Positions 1 to 9,194 of a stretch of DNA of 29,493 nucleotides are shown piece by piece. Source of the stretch: a virus (taxonomy: Duplodnaviria > Caudoviricetes); the IMG/VR virus record IMGVR_UViG_3300030330_000169, positions 1-29,493 of that record; one strand, given 5' to 3'. Made by a program: the position numbers and the translations under genes. How positions within the stretch are numbered: position 1 is the stretch's first letter; each line of letters starts with the position of its first letter. A model generated the notes under the pieces. It had not been told where the DNA came from. It saw only the letters and a list, made by a program, of their open reading frames with translations, and ran no database searches.

Positions 1-797
1 CCACCTGCGGCTCCGCCATAACCCGCTGCTTCTAAGTTACCCTCTCCAAGCTCTTGTTCTAGATTATATCCTTGTTCTATAAGGTTCTGCAGTACGTTTG
101 CCGCTGTTTCTTGTGCGCCCTCTATACCACCCTGTGCAAGCGCACGTTTTATGCGATTAAGTCCACCTGTGTTTCTTATACGCCTTAATATAGGGCCGCC
201 AAGGGGAATAAGCTCGGTAGCGCCTACACCTGCGCCTTGTAGTGTAGATAAGTCTCGTTCTTCTTTAGTAGCACCTGCAGCTAACGCTCTTTCACTTGCC
301 TCACCACTACCCGCTGTAACTGCCGTACCAAACGCTAATGGTATACCAATTCCGGGTATAAATGCAGGGGCATACGTACCTGCTACAGATCCTAACGTCT
401 CACCAAACTTACCTGCTTTTGAGTCTTCTAGGCCAATGTCCGGTTGTATTTTTCGTTGTACGCCGTAAGACAGACTACGAATAAACTCTCGTGCAGACAT
501 CTCTGTGTCATCTTCTAAAGGTAATAGCGCTGCAGTACCAAGTGCTGAAGTTTCTGCAAGACCTATACCGCCTCGACCTATACCTTTGAAGAACTCACCT
601 ACCTGATTAGAGAATCCAGAACCCTCGTCTGTAGGTGATACGCCATATTCAGATCTATATTCCTCTATAAACTGTGCATCGTTTTGCCTGATTATAGAAT
701 CTATCTGCCGTTGTTCGTCTGTAGTGGGTTCATCCCCAGCGATAGTAAAACTGTATTTACGTCCGCTAAGTTCACTAGCTTGGATGACGTTACCCAT
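1..797 (-). CDS. Large internal virion/ejection protein, N-terminal part (runs off the window's left edge)
   Basis: Not in the ORF track because it has no stop in the window. Read by hand from ATG at 797: MGNVIQASELSGRKYSFTIAGDEPTTDEQRQIDSII...GEFFKGIGRGGIGLAE...GGIEGAQETAANVLQNLIEQG..., open to base 1. Gly/Ala-rich hydrophobic helices; follows the other ejection-type genes. Confidence 0.75.
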   Translation of the reverse strand, partial: MGNVIQASELSGRKYSFTIAGDEPTTDEQRQIDSIIRQNDAQFIEEYRSEYGVSPTDEGSGFSNQVGEFFKGIGRGGIGLAETSALGTAALLPLEDDTEMSAREFIRSLSYGVQRKIQPDIGLEDSKAGKFGETLGSVAGTYAPAFIPGIGIPLAFGTAVTAGSGEASERALAAGATKEERDLSTLQGAGVGATELIPLGGPILRRIRNTGGLNRIKRALAQGGIEGAQETAANVLQNLIEQGYNLEQELGEGNLEAAGYGGAAG

Positions 798-801
798 GTA
801 G

Positions 802-3300
802 CTACCCCGTCAGATTATAGCTTGCAAAAACTTCGTTACCCGCAGGTATGCTTCCAAGAGATGCGGTCATTATCATTGCGTTTAGCTGATCGTCTGTCTC
901 TTTAATCGCTTGTCTTAGTTCTTTAACTCTATCCGCAAATTCTGCTCTTGGTGTAGTACCCATAGGAGCTAATCTTTCAAGCTGATCTGCTAGTTCTTCC
1001 CTTCGTGCGAGTAGAATACGAGAAGATAGCGTTGCTCCTGATATTGCAGCTCTATTTGCAGCGGAGGCTTTAGCTGCATCTATACGACCTTGCAGTGCAA
1101 GTACCTGTAGTTTGTTCTTGTTGTAGCTATCTTTACCTTTTTGTAGGGTTTTTGTCCCTGCTTTTATAGCTTTACCAACGCCCTCGCCAATCGTAGCAGA
1201 AGGCATCATAAGTGCTGCACCTGCGTTAGCCAAAGCCATAGCTTTATCAAACTCTCTATCTTTCTCTAGACCACTAAGGTATTCAGACAACGCTACACTA
1301 GATGCTCCAGACTGCTTATCTATAGCACCTTGTTGTTTATTAAGCAGCTCCATTAGTTTGTCTATCTGTGACTGAGTAGCTGTATCTGTCGCACCTTGCT
1401 CTTCTTTTAGCTGTTCCGCTGTTGCTTTATCTATTGCTCTAAAGTCTATTGGTTCGCTACCAACACCTAGCGTATCAGAGTCAAATGCTGCTGACTCCTT
1501 GTTAGTCCGTCGTCTTGTAATCTCATCTGATATAGCTGTAGCAGTGTCATCAATAAGATCTAAACCCTTCATCCCAGCTTTTTTAGCAAACTCAATAATA
1601 TCTTCTTGTGATAGATTGCTTATGTCTCTACCCAAGCCTTCAAGATACATTTTAGATCTTTCAAAAAGAGAAAGAGGGAGTTGTGGATTAGCTAAATTTT
1701 CTTCTCTAAGTCGGGCTGCGTTCTCTAAATTCATAGCCATTGTAGCTTCAGGAGTATTTCCACCGGGTATACCTGCCTGTTGATTTTTTAGTGTTTGTTC
1801 AAACAATGTCCCAAGTTCAGGACCATATACATCAGTGCTACCGTATATCTCACTAGGTGGCGTGTAAGTGTCAGATCTAAGAAACTGCAAAGCCCGTTGA
1901 TTTAAATTAGATATTGCTTCTGATCGTAAATCATTCCCTTCAGGAAAGAACTCTTTGTCCGTAGTAACTGCACCAAGGGCTTTTGGATCATTAAGAGTAT
2001 CATCTCTAACCCTTTGTTTGACTACGTCGGATAATCTCTCATCGCTTTGCACTTTGTCTAAAAAATCAGCAATGCCCGATGTACTTGGGTCACTGAGAGT
2101 GTTTGTGAACAGCTCTTTTTTTGCAGCTCCTTCTAAGCGAAACGGGTCTTGTGAGACAACAGTGGGCGCTGCGGGGATAGCTTGTGTATCTAACCCTAAC
2201 CCCAATCCTGCGCCTGTCTTTATTTTATCATCCACTGTAGAAATTTGAGGTGCGGTGATTAGGTCCGCTGCTGTGCGCTGACCTACTACAGGTTTATTAG
2301 GACCACCAACCATTGGATCGCCAACCTGATCAAGGGGGCGAGGGAGTTTATAAGTTCCAGTTATAGGAAGTGAGGGTGTGCCTTCTGCAAATAGTGATGC
2401 GGCTATGCTAGGGTCTCCTCCAGCTTCGACTGGTTTTTGTGCTTCATCAAGAGCAGCCTGTCGAGCCATTTTAATAACATTTAATTCTTCTAAACTAAGC
2501 TGCTCTGCTACTTTTTCTCTGTCATCAAAGGTATAAGCAAAATTAGGGTTAATCCTAGGAAGATTTCGTTGTAACCAATTACCATGTTTTTTAAAGAGTT
2601 TATCTGTTTGCCTATCTTTTAAGGTTTGCGCCATGTCAAAAATTACACGGGCTTCATCATCCTCAAAAAGAGTGCCTATAGCGTTTAGAGTCTTGTACGC
2701 GGTGTCTAGACTTAGGTACGCCCCTGCCCCCGCTATTAGATTTAATGCTTCTAAACCTGTTAATTTTGCTTCTTTTAAAACCTTTTTGACGCTTTTACCT
2801 ACTTGTATCTTTTTAGATATCTCTAAAGCCCTTGCAGCATCTGGGGGTATTGTCTCCAGTGCTTCTAAGGCTGTCATTTCAGGTTCTTGTGCTACTCGTG
2901 GCTTACTAAGCCCTGCTACATCATATGATGGTGGACTCATCAAAGACATAATATTACTCATTATCGAGGGTGGCTTACCTGCCGTTTGCATTTTAACCAC
3001 ACCGCCTTCTGCCATTTGTCTGACGCCTGTATTCTGTGTATTGTCTGTCTGCGCGTTCATGGCACTGGCTAATTGCGCTATACCACCTCGTGGCACTCCT
3101 GCAGCGTTAACAACTTCTTGAGCGACAGTCGTTGTATTATCAGCCGCTTCTCTTCGCGCTTGATCGTCAGTCATTCGCTTTCTACGGTTTAACTCACTAA
3201 GCACGAGAAACTGTGGGTATGTGCCACTTTGCATTGCCATAACGAGTTGTTGTTGAGATAGATTTTTTAGGTCGTCCTGTTGTTGTATAATATTTCGCAT
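802..3300 (-). CDS. Putative internal virion (DNA ejection) protein, about 832 aa
   Basis: Long ORF. The ATG at 3300 overlaps the upstream TGA (TGATG). Helical, Q/A-rich, with an MAEGGVV motif and a C-terminal coiled coil; located among the ejection genes. Confidence 0.65.
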   Translation of the reverse strand: MRNIIQQQDDLKNLSQQQLVMAMQSGTYPQFLVLSELNRRKRMTDDQARREAADNTTTVAQEVVNAAGVPRGGIAQLASAMNAQTDNTQNTGVRQMAEGGVVKMQTAGKPPSIMSNIMSLMSPPSYDVAGLSKPRVAQEPEMTALEALETIPPDAARALEISKKIQVGKSVKKVLKEAKLTGLEALNLIAGAGAYLSLDTAYKTLNAIGTLFEDDEARVIFDMAQTLKDRQTDKLFKKHGNWLQRNLPRINPNFAYTFDDREKVAEQLSLEELNVIKMARQAALDEAQKPVEAGGDPSIAASLFAEGTPSLPITGTYKLPRPLDQVGDPMVGGPNKPVVGQRTAADLITAPQISTVDDKIKTGAGLGLGLDTQAIPAAPTVVSQDPFRLEGAAKKELFTNTLSDPSTSGIADFLDKVQSDERLSDVVKQRVRDDTLNDPKALGAVTTDKEFFPEGNDLRSEAISNLNQRALQFLRSDTYTPPSEIYGSTDVYGPELGTLFEQTLKNQQAGIPGGNTPEATMAMNLENAARLREENLANPQLPLSLFERSKMYLEGLGRDISNLSQEDIIEFAKKAGMKGLDLIDDTATAISDEITRRRTNKESAAFDSDTLGVGSEPIDFRAIDKATAEQLKEEQGATDTATQSQIDKLMELLNKQQGAIDKQSGASSVALSEYLSGLEKDREFDKAMALANAGAALMMPSATIGEGVGKAIKAGTKTLQKGKDSYNKNKLQVLALQGRIDAAKASAANRAAISGATLSSRILLARREELADQLERLAPMGTTPRAEFADRVKELRQAIKETDDQLNAMIMTASLGSIPAGNEVFASYNLTG

Positions 3301-4163
3301 CACATCATCCCACGATAGAGACCTAACCCTGCTATACCTGCACCTAGTGCTTGTTGTAGTGGGTTGTAGTTTTGGAAGTTAGCTATTTCCCTATTAGGTT
3401 GTATAGGCACACCCTGTAGTATGTTGGATAAGAACCCTAACTGATCTTTGTTAAAGTTTTGTTGCGTTAAGAAGTCTTGATAGTTCATATCTAGACCCGC
3501 CTGTTGTTCGCCAAGCTGTGCTTTACCTATACCTTCAAGGAGTTGTGCGCCTTGAATGTCACCTGCTCTACGAGAGCCACCCATTGTAGCTAGCTGTCCA
3601 AGACCTGTCATACCCACAGATCTGTCTGCATCAAAACCTGCTCTAGCATCTCTAAAAGCTGCTTCTCTACCTGCGGCATCTATATCGCCTAATTGTTGCT
3701 GTAATCCTTCTTGAGCAAGGTAGTCAGCAACTGCCGCTCTAGACCCACCAAACGCACCTGCATTCACTGCATCTGCTGCTCTGGCTGCACCCATGCGGTT
3801 AAAGTCTCTTATTGCGGCCTCTTTCTGCCTGTCAACAACCGCCTCCATATACGGGTTCATATAGTCTTGGGCCACTTGCCCAGTAAACTGACCGCGTCGT
3901 GATATATCTCGTATACCACCGATTGCTTCGTCTAACTCAGGAAGCCCCCTACCCGCGATATTTCTAACCATATTTCTGGAATCAGCTATATCGGCTATGC
4001 TTTCAGAATCAACTAACCTTTGGCCTTGAAAAGGTTGATACTGATTAAGGGACTCAGCCTCTGTACGCTTTAACAGATTATCTACATACGGACGTGCATA
4101 CTCTGGTAGCTCAGTAATCTGCGTCTGTGTGCTAGATTGTGCTTGTTTATTACCCTTGCCCAT
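3300..4163 (-). CDS. Putative DNA ejection/pilot protein, 287 aa
   Basis: MGKG...TQTQITELPEYARPY N-terminus, YMNPYM...AGAFGGSR motif, Q/G/A-rich, hydrophobic Gly-rich C-terminus. This pattern is typical of podovirus ejection proteins. Confidence 0.65.
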   Translation of the reverse strand: MGKGNKQAQSSTQTQITELPEYARPYVDNLLKRTEAESLNQYQPFQGQRLVDSESIADIADSRNMVRNIAGRGLPELDEAIGGIRDISRRGQFTGQVAQDYMNPYMEAVVDRQKEAAIRDFNRMGAARAADAVNAGAFGGSRAAVADYLAQEGLQQQLGDIDAAGREAAFRDARAGFDADRSVGMTGLGQLATMGGSRRAGDIQGAQLLEGIGKAQLGEQQAGLDMNYQDFLTQQNFNKDQLGFLSNILQGVPIQPNREIANFQNYNPLQQALGAGIAGLGLYRGMM

Positions 4164-4603
4164 TAGCTTAACTCCATCTTATAAGCAATATAGTCTGGCT
4201 TCCATCCATACTTTCTAAGCCAACGACCCCAACCTTTTCTACCATAACCCTCTAAGTATTTGCAGTTATGAATTTTAGCATAGTGAGCTATTCTTTCCTG
4301 TGCCATAGATAACCACTCTTTCATTCTTGTACCACCTATCCAATCCATAGCCATAGCGTTGCCTTGTGGATATTCAATAAGTCTAGTTGTTATAGCTGCT
4401 ACAATATCATCATTAGCGGTATCTATAACAACCCACAACACCAACTCATCTTTTAGTATGCAGTCTAGTACATCATCTACTTCGTACTTACCTTTTGCTG
4501 TGTTAACTGACTTTTTTAATACTTTTGCTACGCTAGGCCATATACCTTTGACATAATCCTTGGGTATTGGAGAGAATATCAGACCTGTCTGTACATCTTT
4601 CAT
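4163..4603 (-). CDS. GNAT-fold-like virion assembly protein (positional analogue of T7 gp13/P22 gp14), 146 aa
   Basis: WIGG...W...YAK..NC..LEG.GRKGW.R.L motif and a position directly before the ejection genes. Confidence 0.6.
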   Translation of the reverse strand: MKDVQTGLIFSPIPKDYVKGIWPSVAKVLKKSVNTAKGKYEVDDVLDCILKDELVLWVVIDTANDDIVAAITTRLIEYPQGNAMAMDWIGGTRMKEWLSMAQERIAHYAKIHNCKYLEGYGRKGWGRWLRKYGWKPDYIAYKMELS

Positions 4604-5820
4604 GATAAAGCGGTTCTCATAATATTTTCAGCGTCTATTTGTTTTGGTTGTTCAGGAGAGCCAATAGCTGCTTTTCTTACTTCTTCTCGCATCTTGTCTA
4701 GTTTCTTTGCCCCTGCATCGCTAGAGCCATTACCAATTATAGCAACTGTTGGAGCATCTACCATGTACTCGTCTTTACTGGCTAGTAAGTCTCGTTTTCC
4801 GTCTATGGTTGCAGGCACTGAGTCGCTCATGCCGTCACCACCGCCTTGTATTTGCCCATCCATCTTTCCAGTTATATTATCATACTCACCGTCACGTACG
4901 TCCGTAACTAAATCTTTTAGTGCCTCTTCACCGTATTCGTTTACAAACATAGCTAGTGCTATAGATGCTTGTTTTTCAGGCATATTTCCTTTTAAGGCGT
5001 TTACAGCGTTTACGATGATGTCTTTTTCGTTAACGTCAGACATACCCATCTGCTCTTCTGGCATGTCTGGCATATCCCCACCCTTGGCAAAAGTAGCTAT
5101 ACCGCCCTCAGACAGCATCGTAGGGTTTACATAGTCTGCCATACCGCCTTGGTTTAAGAACCGTGTTTGTAATTCTGCAGCGGCGGGGTTGCGGAACCCG
5201 TAGTTAAATTCTGGGTCCACACCCGGCCTGTACCCTGCAAAAGGTGTATTTATATTTTGTTGGATGGGTACTGTTTCTCTTGGTTTGAAAGGCGGTCTTG
5301 CTGTCTCACCACCTTGTTGGTTAGAGGCATCGGCAAACATTGCGCCACCTGCCACGCCCGCAGACGCTAGTGGGTTTGCCATTGCTGTTTTAGCGCCTTG
5401 TGACAGAGCGCCCATTATGTTTTTACCTGCTGATTGTAAACCTTCTTTTCCAAACCCCTTATCAAACAGCGTACCCGCTGCTTTTTCGGGAACCATTAAC
5501 TTAGCGCCAAAGCCTTCTTTAGCAAAAGGCTCAAACCCTTTTTGTAATGCCCTTGTAGCAGTGTCTGTTGCCGCTGCGCCGGGTGCAGTTACAGATGTAG
5601 CCACAGGTTTTGCTAGACCACCTAGTAACTTACCACCAAAGTAAGAAGTAAGACCTGTGCCTAGAGCTTCTTCAAAAGAATCCCCTTGTAGTAAACTACC
5701 AATTCCAGAGCCTATCGCTCCTGCCGCTACTGGGTTGGCTAGAAATGCCATACCTGTTGTACCTGCTAAACTCGGCAGTAGTGCTGAACCTAAAAAGCTA
5801 CCTAAAAGGGGAAGTACCAT
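4600..5820 (-). CDS. Putative internal virion protein, about 406 aa
   Basis: Start moved to ATG 5820 (GGAG 6 nt upstream). Hydrophobic Gly-rich N-terminus, three xxxGG motifs, and a C-terminal GGGDGMSDSVPA...SKDEYMV...GNGSSDAGAKKL domain. Confidence 0.65.
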   Translation of the reverse strand: MVLPLLGSFLGSALLPSLAGTTGMAFLANPVAAGAIGSGIGSLLQGDSFEEALGTGLTSYFGGKLLGGLAKPVATSVTAPGAAATDTATRALQKGFEPFAKEGFGAKLMVPEKAAGTLFDKGFGKEGLQSAGKNIMGALSQGAKTAMANPLASAGVAGGAMFADASNQQGGETARPPFKPRETVPIQQNINTPFAGYRPGVDPEFNYGFRNPAAAELQTRFLNQGGMADYVNPTMLSEGGIATFAKGGDMPDMPEEQMGMSDVNEKDIIVNAVNALKGNMPEKQASIALAMFVNEYGEEALKDLVTDVRDGEYDNITGKMDGQIQGGGDGMSDSVPATIDGKRDLLASKDEYMVDAPTVAIIGNGSSDAGAKKLDKMREEVRKAAIGSPEQPKQIDAENIMRTALS

Positions 5821-5845
5821 GCTTATCTCCAACAAGTCTGTGTGT

Positions 5846-5875
5846 ATAATAGCATCTGTGTGCTAAGATATCCAC
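5846..5875 (-). promoter_or_regulatory. Putative sigma70-like promoter (TGGATA-17 bp-TATTAT with TGn extension)
   Basis: Minus strand GTGGATATCTTAGCACACAGATGCTATTAT. The -10 element is flanked by CACACAGA direct repeats. Same architecture as 25914-25943. Confidence 0.45.
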
Positions 5876-6480
5876 TCATAAATCTTCTTCGTTTCCTTCA
5901 CACGGTGATCTAATCCAGTGTAACCGCCGTTTATACGTTTTGTCAGTCTTTTTATAGTATCATCGTTGACACCTTCATCACATATTTTCCATAGATTATT
6001 CCTCTTAAAAAACCACAAAGCCGTGTCCATTGCATAATCTTCTTCTAGCAGTTGTGGGTTGTCTAAGACTTCTGGAACACGCATGTCTGAAGCAAAGGCT
6101 CGAACGTTGTTATACCCCGTGAGTTGAAGGAATCCTCGGCCTATGTAGGCGCTAGCTTTTTCTTTAGAATCGTTCCCCATCCTGTCGAAATACACGTTTT
6201 CAGCCAGTGCTTTTGGGTTTCTAGCATACGGTTCTGCGCTTTCTTTCGTAGGGAAGCGACTAGGCCATACTTTCATCATAGCTTCTACAGAATAATTTAA
6301 GTTCTCTCTGGTGTACCTAAACGTACCGCTTTCATGCACCACTTGCCCTAATAAGTGTGCGCCTCTTTCTGGAGACAACTCGTAGTGCGTTACTATTGCT
6401 TTAGCTGTGTTAGGGCCAAATGCACCATCAGGAGTAACACCGCACTTTTCTTGTAGTTGTTTTAATGCTTCAAACGCCAT
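5863..6480 (-). CDS. Endolysin, glycoside hydrolase family 19, with a short N-terminal peptidoglycan-binding-like segment
   Basis: DGAFGPNT (PG-binding-like), AHLLGQVVHESG, ENLNYS, YIGRGFLQLTGYNN, TKRINGGYTGLDHR. Start moved to ATG 6480. Confidence 0.92.
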   Translation of the reverse strand: MAFEALKQLQEKCGVTPDGAFGPNTAKAIVTHYELSPERGAHLLGQVVHESGTFRYTRENLNYSVEAMMKVWPSRFPTKESAEPYARNPKALAENVYFDRMGNDSKEKASAYIGRGFLQLTGYNNVRAFASDMRVPEVLDNPQLLEEDYAMDTALWFFKRNNLWKICDEGVNDDTIKRLTKRINGGYTGLDHRVKETKKIYEWIS

Positions 6481-6649
6481 TAGCTCTAGCCTTTTTCTTT
6501 GCTGTCGCACTCAACTCACGAAAGTGATACAGGAGTTTACTGTTCTTGCTGTGGTTCTTACCAGAATGCAACTTGCCACCGGGCATTTTGTGAGTGCCAC
6601 CCTTATGTTCTGTTCCGTCTCTAAAGTAATGTTTTTGACCTTTAGCCAT
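6470..6649 (-). CDS. Small basic His-rich hypothetical protein, about 59 aa
   Basis: AGGAGG RBS; ATG overlaps the holin stop. Sequence HYFRDGTEHKGGTHKMPGGKLHSGKNH. Confidence 0.65.
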   Translation of the reverse strand: MAKGQKHYFRDGTEHKGGTHKMPGGKLHSGKNHSKNSKLLYHFRELSATAKKKARANGV

Positions 6650-7032
6650 CACTTCCTCCTCGTAAACTGTTTGTACCCTTTCACGCCAAAGGACGCACTT
6701 ATTGCAATACCCAAACTGTAAAAATACCAGTCTGGGGCTTTGTGAAGCTGCTCAAAACCTCTATCTACAATGCCTTCTGCACCGGGTATGAAGGCTAAAA
6801 TAAGCGGGATTGACAGCACAATTACAAAAAATTCGTCTTTCCATGACGACTTGCTGTTTTCCGCCATGATACGTTCCCAATCAGCCACAGACGTCTTTTC
6901 AGATAATAATATCTTAGCTTTCGCCTCTGCCTCTGTAAGTTTTAACTTTGCTTCTGCCGCTTGCTTTGTAGTCTTTGCATCAAGCCAACTGCTAGCCAGA
7001 CCTGCTACTGGTCCTAATAACTGTCCTATCAT
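6649..7032 (-). CDS. Putative holin (GTA/3TM-holin-like), 127 aa
   Basis: Amphipathic N-terminus, SSWKDEF followed by two hydrophobic segments, basic C-terminus; close to the endolysin. Confidence 0.7.
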   Translation of the reverse strand: MIGQLLGPVAGLASSWLDAKTTKQAAEAKLKLTEAEAKAKILLSEKTSVADWERIMAENSKSSWKDEFFVIVLSIPLILAFIPGAEGIVDRGFEQLHKAPDWYFYSLGIAISASFGVKGYKQFTRRK

Positions 7033-7334
7033 TGTCCTTTACCCATGTTCGTAAACCCATAGTAAGCCGCAACTATGGCAGCGATACTGACGTAGTATAT
7101 ATTGCTCATGCTACTTAGCATCTCTGACGCTCTGGGTAGCTCCATCCATTCGGTAAATACAACGCCAAATGGGAATAAAAGCATACCAGTAAGGCTAAAC
7201 CAAGCCATACGTCTCTGTGCATCTCGTTTAGCATCAGCGTCCATCATAATTCTACGACGGTCCTCAAGCATGATTTCGCGCTCTTCTGGATCTATTTTTC
7301 CGTTGTCGTTTAAATCGTATTTTTGCTTGGGCAT
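7029..7334 (-). CDS. Two-TM membrane protein with an EF-hand-like N-terminal loop (holin/antiholin candidate), 101 aa
   Basis: DLNDNGKIDPEE loop, two TM segments, AGGAG RBS; lies in the lysis cassette. Confidence 0.6.
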   Translation of the reverse strand: MPKQKYDLNDNGKIDPEEREIMLEDRRRIMMDADAKRDAQRRMAWFSLTGMLLFPFGVVFTEWMELPRASEMLSSMSNIYYVSIAAIVAAYYGFTNMGKGQ

Positions 7335-7421
7335 CTGCGTACTCCTGTATTATTTGCCTATTATACCCTAATATAATTAGTTTACCATTTTTATCGTATG
7401 CTGCAAATTTTTTGCCTCTTT

Positions 7422-7598
7422 CTATGATTGTTGGGCGTTCACCTCGAGGCAAGTCACCTTCATCGAGTTGTGTGTTACCATGATCTTTGCTTTTTCTGCT
7501 TCTTCTAGGCATTGCTCTTTGTCCGAATACGTGCCGATTTGGTAGTATTGTAGGCGGTCTGTGCTAATAAAATGTAAAAAGACTAAGACATATATCAT
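7422..7598 (-). CDS. Small hypothetical protein, 58 aa (below the ORF track cutoff)
   Basis: MIYVLVFLHFISTDRLQYYQIGTYSDKEQCLEEAEKAKIMVTHNSMKVTCLEVNAQQS*. ATGA overlap with the upstream stop; hydrophobic N-terminus and two Cys. Confidence 0.7.
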   Translation of the reverse strand: MIYVLVFLHFISTDRLQYYQIGTYSDKEQCLEEAEKAKIMVTHNSMKVTCLEVNAQQS

Positions 7599-8050
7599 GG
7601 AAAATAATCCCTTACGTCAATCCACTGCATATAGTGAAGATAAGCAGCAGCCCCGACAAATGTAAAAACAAGCAAAACAGCTATACCAACTATTGTAATA
7701 ATAAGCTCCTGCTGTGCTATTGCATCTCTTCTTGCTTGTGCCTCTGCTTCGCGTTTTTCTTGTAAGACTTCTCTGCGTATCTTTAGAAGTGTCTGCCAAT
7801 GAGATGGTCCTAATGTTTCAGATATGTACTTTTTTAACTCTTCTTCAGCTTCAGCGGCTTGTCTTAATTTAGCAAACCTTTCCATAGCTATGGCATTTAC
7901 ATTCTTACCAGACACACCCTTCTGCTGTAACTTCTTCTTAGCACTATCGGTTGCATCGAAAAACTGTCCAATTTGTTTAGATAATGAAGCCACGGATTTG
8001 CCAGCGGCCAATCCAGTTTTTAGTCCGGCGAGCAAAGTAATGGGGTCCAT
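7595..8050 (-). CDS. Membrane-anchored coiled-coil hypothetical protein, 151 aa
   Basis: MDPITLLA start, helical body, C-terminal TM (LIITIVGIAVLLVFTFVGAAAYL). Confidence 0.75.
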   Translation of the reverse strand: MDPITLLAGLKTGLAAGKSVASLSKQIGQFFDATDSAKKKLQQKGVSGKNVNAIAMERFAKLRQAAEAEEELKKYISETLGPSHWQTLLKIRREVLQEKREAEAQARRDAIAQQELIITIVGIAVLLVFTFVGAAAYLHYMQWIDVRDYFP

Positions 8051-8052
8051 TG

Positions 8053-8469
8053 CTATCTACCATCGGACATTGTTGGGCGTCTTGCCAAGAACTCTAACGT
8101 ATTTTCTAAAGTCTTTACCCTAGCTTGCAATTTTATGATTTGGTTGAATTGTAGGATAAATCCCTCTTGTGTTTCGTATACGTCTTCAAACTCCGCGTAG
8201 ATCTCATCAATCGTATCATCACCATCTTCCTCGACTTCGACGATATATTCTATGATTTCATCTATTCTTTCGCTGTTTTCCTCTACATCACGAATGAGAT
8301 TTGTTCTGTCAGTAGCATTGTTCTCAATGGTTAAAGTCTCAACCTGTTCTGTTAACCCCTCAATAATTGATGCTTGAGAAGAGGCGTACCAAATACCACC
8401 TCCAATCGTGCTAACTATGGCTACAACTGCACTGGCAGCGACAGCGATATTTACCTTGGGCAGGTCCAT
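8053..8469 (-). CDS. N-terminally anchored acidic coiled-coil protein (i-spanin-like topology), 138 aa
   Basis: N-terminal TM (IAVAASAVVAIVSTIGGGIWYA) followed by heptad-rich acidic helices; at the edge of the lysis cassette. Confidence 0.6.
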   Translation of the reverse strand: MDLPKVNIAVAASAVVAIVSTIGGGIWYASSQASIIEGLTEQVETLTIENNATDRTNLIRDVEENSERIDEIIEYIVEVEEDGDDTIDEIYAEFEDVYETQEGFILQFNQIIKLQARVKTLENTLEFLARRPTMSDGR

Positions 8470-8696
8470 TAGGTGTCACCATTTATCTGTGCAGGTGCTG
8501 TTACTGTTATAGTCGTAGCTCGCACCTCACTACCTGTCCAATTCTCGCCACAATCTGGACACTTTCCATCAGGATATGACGCTATCTCTGCAGGTGTGTC
8601 TACTAAGTTTCCGCAGCTTTCACACTGCACAACATCTACAGAGGTGGAGGGTGACCACTTTGAGCCATCGGGCATGTTTATCACTGTATCAGACAT
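8469..8696 (-). CDS. Small zinc-ribbon protein, 75 aa
   Basis: CESC...CPDC; AGGAG RBS. Confidence 0.75.
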   Translation of the reverse strand: MSDTVINMPDGSKWSPSTSVDVVQCESCGNLVDTPAEIASYPDGKCPDCGENWTGSEVRATTITVTAPAQINGDT

Positions 8697-8705
8697 AACA
8701 ACTCC

Positions 8706-9194
8706 TTATGTTATACTAACTGTTACTCCACCCACACCAGAAGTAGCAGATGCAGCGGTTCCAGTCAAAGAATAGGCAGAGTCTGTGCTGACATTTCCAA
8801 CCTGACCTTGACCTGTAAAGAATACTGGTTGTTCTATTTCTGCGGATGCATCATCTGTTATAACCTGACCCACCTGCCCTGTAGCAGAGTTAAAAAACTC
8901 AATACTTACTGGCACTGTCACATTAGGGTCTATAGTAATTCTTACCTCACCTGTAGATAACATCCACATATCGCCCGGCTGTAAACCTGCTGCGTAAGCC
9001 TCTACATTATTGGCAAACTGCCTTATGCCGCCACCTTCTGGTTTAAGGTTTAGCTCGTTAGCAGTTACTTTACCCGGATTTGATAGCTGTTCTTGGAAAA
9101 GAGAAAAAGCCCTAACGACTTCACGCATATAGTTTGGATCATATTCTCTTGGTGGCACACCAAAGAAGTATCGTGGGAGCGGATTGTCTGCCAT
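8706..9194 (-). CDS. Putative tail-associated protein (needle/plug-like N-terminus, C-terminal TG..VG repeats), 162 aa
   Basis: PPREYDPNYM...helix directly after the nozzle gene; TAATG overlap; repeats resemble those of 13258-14244. Confidence 0.5.
   Translation of the reverse strand: MADNPLPRYFFGVPPREYDPNYMREVVRAFSLFQEQLSNPGKVTANELNLKPEGGGIRQFANNVEAYAAGLQPGDMWMLSTGEVRITIDPNVTVPVSIEFFNSATGQVGQVITDDASAEIEQPVFFTGQGQVGNVSTDSAYSLTGTAASATSGVGGVTVSIT

Noticed and set aside
5863-6480. GH19 gene as an auxiliary chitinase
   Set aside because: The PG-binding-like N-terminus and neighbouring holin candidates indicate an ordinary phage endolysin.
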